Part shown: positions 58,301 through 64,000 of the stretch, in pieces | How the letters are laid out: each line of letters begins with the position of its first letter | Position numbering within the stretch: the stretch's first letter is position 1 | NCBI GenBank assembly: GCA_964035575.1 | Contig: OZ037835.1 | Coordinates: 1,240,001-1,304,000 of the forward strand | From: Rhynchopus sp. YZ270_cl-10 | Lineage: Eukaryota | Length of the DNA stretch: 64,000 nucleotides | Direction: 5' to 3' | The notes under the pieces: generated by a model | Told to the model about the DNA's origin: nothing | The model's database searches: none | The model's input: only the letters and a program-made list of their open reading frames with translations | Program-made: the position numbers and the translations under genes

Positions 58301-61300
58301 TCCAAGATCCACAGGAGCGCGGAGTTTAAGCACCGCAAGCTGCGGGATCACTTGCAGGAGCACGCCCAGCAAGGCGACATCCTGCCTGCAGCCGACCTCC
58401 GCCGCCTGAAGTTCACGCAGTGCGTGCGGTGCGGGGACGTCCTCCCCATAAAGGCCAAGGATGGGACATGCTTCTCGTGCAGGGGGGCGACCGCACCATC
58501 CGCTGTTCCGCCCATCCGAAAGAGGTCCCAGCAGGAAGTAGACGACGATCGCCTTCTTCCGTCTGCGCATGACATCGCCGTAAGCCGCTCCCGTGTCATG
58601 GAGTTCATCCCGGACTACATGCTTCGTGCAGTGACGGAGGCGGTGAACATAGCACTCTTGGACATCGCAGCCAACGCTAAGGACCTGTCCGCGTGGAACC
58701 GGTTCGGCATGCTGTGGAAAACGCTCCTCCGCACTCGCCGAAGTGGCAAGACGAAGAAGAAGCGCATGCGAGAGAAGCGCATCGAAGACTTGGAGCGGTG
58801 GGAGAAAGGCGAGTTATCCGCACTGTGGCGGGACGCGCAGGCTCAGGTGCCGGGGAGACGAGCAGAGCAAGAGGCCCCCATATTTGAGGATCTGGAACGG
58901 GCGTGCGTCGCTGAAGCTCGGAAGGGTCGTCCCGCCGCAGCCTTCTCCCGTCTCTCTTCGTCGGGACTCGCCCCGGACTCTGAAGCCACACTGCAAGCTC
59001 TGCGGGCCAAGCACCCTCCGCCCCCATCCAAAGTGGAGTTAGGCCCGGCTTTGGTGAAGCCCGCCACCCCAGATGACTTGACCCCTGCGCAGGTGCTGGC
59101 ACTGGTGAAACGCATGCCGCGAGGCACTGCTGCAGGTCCTTCCGGCCTCCGTGCGGACCACCTCAAGCAGATGCTGAATGAGAGTGACGTCAACATCCTA
59201 CCGGCCTTGACTCACGTGCTCAACGCAGTCCGCGCAGCCAGAGTCCCCGACGAAGTCACTCCTTTCCTGGCTGGGGCCCGTTTGATGGCGCTCCCCAAAG
59301 GTGCCAACGATGTCCGTCCGATCGCAGTGGGTGAAACTCTCCGTAGGCTGGCAGCGAAATCGTATGCAGCTGATGTGAAGAAGCAAGCGAAGGACATTCT
59401 GCTCCCTGGTAAGCAGGTGGGGGTAGGGGTGGAAGGTGGCATCGAGGCAGCGACAGAGACAGTCCGGGACTTCGCTTTCCGTCACATCGGCCAGGACAAA
59501 GTAGTGCTGAAGATTGACTTCAGCAATGCGTTCAACACTGTGTGCCGCAACACCTTGCTGAATCAGACGCGCGCACACCTCCCTAAGCTGTCCCGTTTTG
59601 TGGAGTGGTGCTACGTGTATCCGTCCTCCCTGGTGTACGGTGAAGTAGTGGTGCAATCGCAGTCCGGTGTGCAGCAAGGTGACCCGCTAGGCCCCCTTCT
59701 CTTCTCTCTGGTGGTGAAGGGCTTGACGGAAACGGTTCGCGACCTGCCGGGGGTGGATCTGTCGGTTTGGTACCTGGATGACGGGACGCTCATGGGATCG
59801 CCTGCGGCAGTTGCGAAAGCCTTTGAAGTACTAAAGTCGGAGAGCCTGAAGTTGGGGCTATCGGTGAATTCCTCCAAATGCGAACTCATCCCCCTCGGAG
59901 GTGAGAAGAACCACACTGATGCCGTCCTCCAGGATGCAGGATTTGCCGTGGCGGACCTGAAGGTGCTCCGAGAGGGATTCAGCTTTCTGGGGGCCCCCAT
60001 CGGCACTAACGAGTACTGCGACGAGTTCATGGAGAGCACGATGCTTGAATTCTCGAAGAAACTCCGCCTGCTGGGTAAACTGGGAGATGCTCAGGTGGCT
60101 CTGTCTCTCTTGCGCCACTGTGAAGGATTTTGCAAAACTGTCTTCTACATGCGGGCCCTTCGTCACCAAGGGGATCACAAGTGGCTGGACAAGTACGACA
60201 AGGAGGTGGACCGGGTGCTGGCACAGATTCTGAGTTCGCCAGGGTCGGACCCGGACGCATTGATGCCGGATGCGGCTCGAGTGCAAGCTGCCCTCCCCGT
60301 GCGTATAGGGGGCTTGGGGGTGCGCCGTGCATACGACCACTGGACCGCTGCCGCTATGGGAGCTGCTAGTGGCACCTTCGATTTATGCAAGCACCTGGAC
60401 AAACACTACCGTTGGGATGCTGGAGGGTGGAGCCACACTGCCACCCGGTACAATGAGCTTGTGGACGCCGATGCCCGCGTGAACCCAGAGGAACAGCCCC
60501 AGCAAATCCTCAAACAGCGTGATCTGTCTGCCCCGATCATCACACGTCAAGTGTCTGAGTTGCGCGACACAGGGGACATCCAGGACCGTGCTCGGCTGAA
60601 TTCCCTTCAGCTGCCCTTGGCGGGGGCGTGGATTACCGCATTACCCACCCCAGAAAACGTCATCAACCCGGAAGAGTTTCGAGCAGTGGTCCGTCTCAGA
60701 CTGGGTCTTGCGGTACACAGGGACAAGGCACTATGCGAACAATGTGGTCGGCCCATGGATGAGTTCGGGATACACGCCCTCAACTGCAGCCATGGGGGTT
60801 GCACGATTCGCAGGCATGACCGGCTACGCGATCTGGTGGGCATGCTGGGTTCGAAGGCGGGCCTCGCTCCGTCCCTGGAGCCTAAGCACATCGTCCTCGG
60901 AGGGACCAAACCGGCAGACATCTTCTTCTCCATCGGAGTCGGTGATGGCAAGCCTCGAGCGGTGGACTGCGTGGTAGCGAATCCCCTCGCCAAGTCGCAT
61001 GTCCAAGGGGCGGCCCGGGCGGTGGGACACGCCGCGGTCACACATCAGACGGCGAAACGGGGCAAGCACGGCGAAGCCTGCAGGAAAGCTCATATTTCCT
61101 TCACAGCCTTTGCAGCCGAGGTCCTTGGGGGGCTAGGTCCGGAGGCAGACACGCTGTGGCGCCATCTGAACAAGATGGCTGCGGAGCGAGCGGACGGGGA
61201 TAAAGTTCTGGCATCGGTCAAGTGGAACGAACGTCTGGCCGTGTGTGTCCAGCGGGAGGTGGGCGCCACATTGCTGAAGAGAGGCGCCCTGTGCTTCAGC

Positions 61301-63163
61301 CTTGCGGTCACGCGCACAGCAGTGCCAGCGAAAGCAGTGTCCCTCGACAAAAGCTACTACGTCTCGCCAGACCCTCCCGATGACCGTTTCCCTTCGTACG
61401 TGGATGACCATCTGTACCGCTTGTCTGAGAACGACTGTGAAGTTGAAGAGGAACCTGTCGCTCCCGTCGCCCCTGATCCCCTTTATGACGTCGACGAAGC
61501 CACGGCAGCGATGGAGGCATGGCTGAGCCGACAAGCGGGCAAGGAATCCACCCATCCGTCCACCCTTGAAGTACCCTCCACTCCCTGCGAAGACCCTGCA
61601 ACAGCATTCAAGGCGCTGGAGACATGTGACCCCCCGCCGGCCCTGCCGCTACAGCTGTCCTCCCTCGGGTGCTCCGTTCCCGCGGACTTCCGCTACACAG
61701 TGGGCGACTGTTGCTTCGATGCCGTGGCGTACCAGTGCGGGAGGAGTGCGGGGTCCCTGAGACAGGCGGCGATTGCACAGGTGGTCCAAGACGAGGACTT
61801 AGCGGCTCGCGCTGAACCAAGTGTCGGAGTATGGGCGCGACAGATGAGCATCGCTGGGTGTGCGCGTCCTGACACTTGGGCTGACATGGTGACGGTTAGC
61901 GGCCTGGCCCGAGCTCTGCATTCCCTGGTGGTGGTGTTCATTGGTGGCCATCGACCGTCGGTCTTCACCCCCTCAGGCGAAGTGGGATACCGTCGGGTGC
62001 TCGCACTAGCCCACGATGGCCGCACCGCAGGTCACTTCACGCCGGTCAATATCCCCGAGAAGCTGACGCAGTTCCTCCTCATGCATGAACCGACCCCGCG
62101 CCTGCCGCCTCTCACTTGTGTGTCACGCGAGGGGCTTCTGGACTGCCCCCTGGAAGACTCACGGGCGGATTTCGGGAAATGCGAGCTGTGCTCGGCTGCG
62201 GTCCTCGGTCGTGAACGTCATTGGGAGTGTCGGGAGTGCTCAGTTTGGGTGTGTGTGCCGTGTCGTTCCCTCCCCTCAACCTGCCCGCGGGCCCTGCCAG
62301 TGTCCAGCAAGCCATGCGCGGCGAGGATCATTGCGCGCGCGCACGAGATGATTGACCCCAAGAGCATTAACTTGGTGAAGGTACAGCGTGAAGCTCGCGT
62401 GACCAGCCAAGTGGAGACTGCAAAGGCGCGGAGGGCACAGACGCAACGCAACATGAGACAGGCATCATCAGACGTCCAGGGACAAGAGAGCGGCTACTCC
62501 ACCACACATTCAGCCCTCCCTACTCCGGTCGCGTCCTCGGTGCCCCCTGTCGCACAAGCAGTTGCCCGTCCCGGCGCCTCTGCGCAGTCACACCCTGGTT
62601 CGGACGGGGCAACACAACCTCAGACCGGTACGGAGAGTGGCTTCTCAAACACCCACTCAGCCCTCCCCGTATCTTCTTCCTCTGAGGCAGTTCCCTCTTC
62701 CGTCCACCCGAGAGAGCAGCCGCCCGCCGCATCGCAGGGCAGCGAGTTCTCTATGGACCTCATCGACGAATCAGAACTCGCAGTCCCCATGTCTGACGCC
62801 ACTTCGGCCCCCAGCACGTACACGCAATCGGAGAGTGGCTCTCAACCCGCACCTACAGCCCTCCCGACCAACGTGCCGTTCTATGCCGGTATGGCGCCCT
62901 GCCCAGGATTCAACAACATGGGGTGTCCAGCGACCGCCGAGGCGTGGAAGGACACGTTCTACCCGAACACGCTTCAGCACCAGTCGCTGGCAGCGGGAGG
63001 GGATTGGCAGTCGGTGGATGACGCCCTCACCTGCCTCTACCTGTGGAAAGAAGCGAAGAAGCCGTCGATGAGCTCCGACGAGGTGGAAGAGGCTTACACC
63101 CTCTACAACCGTCTGCGGGGCCTAAAGCGGAGCAGGAACTCGCGGCCGTCCCAGAGCACTTGA
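55316..63163 (+). CDS. Retrotransposon polyprotein: OTU, zinc fingers, RT, CCHC, RLE, second OTU, Cys cluster (up to 2615 aa; true start uncertain)
   Basis: RT: KIDFSNAFN, GVQQGDPLGP, WYLDDG. RLE: CEQC..HALNC, RRHD, KPADIF, VDCVV, KRGKH. OTU1: DNCLF..WGDH..NHFDAV. OTU2: GDCCFDAV..WAD..GHFTPV. Confidence 0.9.
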   Translation: MATLGSARYRVATSVVALLMVAIAAAAEDATAATAAAATDETAKDALSATSAAVATTVAHSTPLPPPHLGRTSREGPEAVGTVDHLPPTHGCAPVGTGYAARHATGRLGRVDPPDRRGRDAEGQTKIARKRRRGGREAGFFGWKGPRAPFFLLFLSPVCFAPPLDPPPQAPNQTFHPLPFPGSKVFQPSLVQSGIRVGPFYCFPPFSPSIYRGFVPPSPAHYVQTFPLLFIFNNSQNTPDRVSVRREAGGLWFGSLPPPHPFVFKNKMWSVPELESVGRASVPPPASFIHPFAQTKKETKKVTNSKHGSLGRLGNKCGESAERVGWVGWPGLYRSFLPCFPPVHRGLRALSLHCHERALYCNPHFCTAFSPNATVLFSNELFSVFQGAREGRRQGSLVSLVVAGVSPLGSVVGCAPGAVVAGVVGGGAWSLTVGCSSSNSSYSNSSNSNSSSSNSSNNSSSNSSSSNSSNNSNNSSSYSSSSSYSNSSSSNSSSSNSSSSNSSSSNSSNNSNNSNNSSSYNSNNSNNSSSYSSSSSYSNSSSSISSNNSNNSSSYSNSSSYSNSNSSNNSNNSNNSNNSSSYSNSSSSISSNNSNNSSSYSNCSSNSSYGNNSSSNSNNSNNSSSNGYSSNIFRRVCVRRRGAEASVGQVGSWGARDVPGSVSGCGVVGPGVVWALMVCHVAALLRALLADTLSWKEPCRRRRRRRRRWIARNPWCQGLRLMCRCSLSGVRRCVAWGHCPQDNPPLAGSRRRSRALFRMRHVGRDRVGRCRHVWAGPGAMRGGNEQDAQVDAERERVDAFLSSISQGAAVRVPNSESDNCLFVSLFQAQTRNRPPPTAAECTELRELFADRAVETRAQGEVMLGGQKQLDAYVAGLRGDAWGDHFAIHLAANVWRENILVVQCGENPVVRIRATRLSTKEVARTRVITRVGNHFDAVYADNDAIELLTAGAPYSLLNPDTIAAHPLAAITADSTASCSLDPPAQGYYCPLPHCSGSKIHRSAEFKHRKLRDHLQEHAQQGDILPAADLRRLKFTQCVRCGDVLPIKAKDGTCFSCRGATAPSAVPPIRKRSQQEVDDDRLLPSAHDIAVSRSRVMEFIPDYMLRAVTEAVNIALLDIAANAKDLSAWNRFGMLWKTLLRTRRSGKTKKKRMREKRIEDLERWEKGELSALWRDAQAQVPGRRAEQEAPIFEDLERACVAEARKGRPAAAFSRLSSSGLAPDSEATLQALRAKHPPPPSKVELGPALVKPATPDDLTPAQVLALVKRMPRGTAAGPSGLRADHLKQMLNESDVNILPALTHVLNAVRAARVPDEVTPFLAGARLMALPKGANDVRPIAVGETLRRLAAKSYAADVKKQAKDILLPGKQVGVGVEGGIEAATETVRDFAFRHIGQDKVVLKIDFSNAFNTVCRNTLLNQTRAHLPKLSRFVEWCYVYPSSLVYGEVVVQSQSGVQQGDPLGPLLFSLVVKGLTETVRDLPGVDLSVWYLDDGTLMGSPAAVAKAFEVLKSESLKLGLSVNSSKCELIPLGGEKNHTDAVLQDAGFAVADLKVLREGFSFLGAPIGTNEYCDEFMESTMLEFSKKLRLLGKLGDAQVALSLLRHCEGFCKTVFYMRALRHQGDHKWLDKYDKEVDRVLAQILSSPGSDPDALMPDAARVQAALPVRIGGLGVRRAYDHWTAAAMGAASGTFDLCKHLDKHYRWDAGGWSHTATRYNELVDADARVNPEEQPQQILKQRDLSAPIITRQVSELRDTGDIQDRARLNSLQLPLAGAWITALPTPENVINPEEFRAVVRLRLGLAVHRDKALCEQCGRPMDEFGIHALNCSHGGCTIRRHDRLRDLVGMLGSKAGLAPSLEPKHIVLGGTKPADIFFSIGVGDGKPRAVDCVVANPLAKSHVQGAARAVGHAAVTHQTAKRGKHGEACRKAHISFTAFAAEVLGGLGPEADTLWRHLNKMAAERADGDKVLASVKWNERLAVCVQREVGATLLKRGALCFSLAVTRTAVPAKAVSLDKSYYVSPDPPDDRFPSYVDDHLYRLSENDCEVEEEPVAPVAPDPLYDVDEATAAMEAWLSRQAGKESTHPSTLEVPSTPCEDPATAFKALETCDPPPALPLQLSSLGCSVPADFRYTVGDCCFDAVAYQCGRSAGSLRQAAIAQVVQDEDLAARAEPSVGVWARQMSIAGCARPDTWADMVTVSGLARALHSLVVVFIGGHRPSVFTPSGEVGYRRVLALAHDGRTAGHFTPVNIPEKLTQFLLMHEPTPRLPPLTCVSREGLLDCPLEDSRADFGKCELCSAAVLGRERHWECRECSVWVCVPCRSLPSTCPRALPVSSKPCAARIIARAHEMIDPKSINLVKVQREARVTSQVETAKARRAQTQRNMRQASSDVQGQESGYSTTHSALPTPVASSVPPVAQAVARPGASAQSHPGSDGATQPQTGTESGFSNTHSALPVSSSSEAVPSSVHPREQPPAASQGSEFSMDLIDESELAVPMSDATSAPSTYTQSESGSQPAPTALPTNVPFYAGMAPCPGFNNMGCPATAEAWKDTFYPNTLQHQSLAAGGDWQSVDDALTCLYLWKEAKKPSMSSDEVEEAYTLYNRLRGLKRSRNSRPSQST
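56620..57208 (+). repeat. Compound (CAG/CAA)n trinucleotide tract, ~590 bp
   Basis: Direct reading; Ser/Asn in the long ORF frame, poly-Gln in another frame. Confidence 0.95.
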
Positions 63164-64000
63164 GTTTTTCTTTTTCATTCTTTACTTTTGTTTGGCTTTT
63201 AGCCTCCCCCCTCCCCCTTTGCCTATTGGTTTTATTTTATTTTATTTTTAGAATTAGAGTGTACAGCTAGGTAGGACCAGACGTCGTTAACAGCTATGAA
63301 CCAAAGAGGTTCTCAGTGTCGTCGGCCAAGCCCCTTCACCAAAAAAGACTACAACAAGAAAACAAACACACAGAAAAAAAAGTAAAAGAATGCCCTTCCT
63401 CAGTCCGGAAGTATCACCTCAACCGGTCACACCTGCCGTAAAATAGAGAGAGGTTACAGAATACAAAAAATAGTGAAAAAACGGCTTTTTGACGGTTTTG
63501 GCCATGTTGGGCAAAATAGCGTTTTTTCAAGAAAAAACCAAAAAAACGGTTATTTTTCGACATCACAAAACCTCCTTTGGCACAAATATACCCCAAAAGT
63601 GGCCTGTGAGTCCATTCCAACCTGTTTTGGACATATTTGACACTTTTGGAAGTGTTTTTTTGGTGTTTTTACGTCAAAAAACATACCCTGGCAATACCCT
63701 GACCGCGCTCCGGCAGCATTCCGGCATGCTGTTTGACCCATATAGGGGTCAAGAAATGGCCAAAAACCCCCGAAAAAGCACTCCGGGAACCCAGATAGTT
63801 CCAAATATCCACCAGACACCCACCCAAACACCGCAGAAACACGACAGAAAGTCGTCTTGAAAAACACACTTTTTTCAAAAAGCTCGTCAGACAGGCTCCA
63901 TAATAGCCTTTTTGAAAAAAGTGTGTTTTTCAAGACGACTTTCTGTCGTATTTCTGCGGTGTTTGGGTGGGTGTCTGGTGGATATTTGGAACTATCTGGG

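Larger units (their letters stand above)
55217..63464 (+). mobile_element. CRE/SLACS-like non-LTR retrotransposon (RT + restriction-like endonuclease), 8.2 kb
   Basis: 23-bp TSD AAAAAATAGTGAAAAAACGGCTT at 55194-55216 and 63465-63487; single long ORF. Confidence 0.9.
55019..64000. mobile_element. Foldback element related to 43015-44216 and 40423-41611, interrupted by the CRE-like retrotransposon (runs off window)
   Basis: 55085-55216 plus 63465 onward is continuous with 43080 onward; symmetry centre near 63900. Confidence 0.8.

Noticed and set aside
56504..58570. 688-aa antisense ORF and other antisense ORFs over the retroelements
   Set aside because: Shadow frames of GC-rich coding and trinucleotide sequence with no recognisable motifs

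Overview
Eukaryotic nuclear DNA, most likely from a diplonemid (Euglenozoa): a diplonemid-type spliced-leader (SL) exon sits at 55219-55258. The window is a repeat-rich region built around a family of ubiquitin-like (Ubl) + BspA/TpLRR-type leucine-rich-repeat genes. There are six copies with variable repeat number. Subfamily A ends in an NLS-like tail and subfamily B ends in a CaaX box. Other host genes are a PI-PLC X-domain gene and an ankyrin gene. The Ubl-LRR genes have been hit repeatedly by retroelements. (i) A 7.6 kb APE-RT LINE carries a 5' HDV-like ribozyme fold, an OTU deubiquitinase ORF1, a UGA-CGG junction and a T2A-like StopGo peptide. (ii) Two unrelated 602-bp SINE/SIDER-like elements carry ribozyme-like 5' ends. 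One has a target-site duplication containing AG|GT, so it can be spliced out exactly as a GT-AG intron, and it has lost its ribozyme in the otherwise intact gene copy. (iii) A 5'-truncated LINE lies just upstream of one copy. An 8.2 kb CRE/SLACS-like RT-RLE element with two OTU domains starts with a complete SL exon but is inserted outside an SL array. 32-44 kb and 52.6-64 kb are nests of hAT-type, foldback and other DNA elements stacked in poly-G/poly-C runs, including an intact intron-containing hAT transposase. All calls were made by eye; no searches or folding programs were run.
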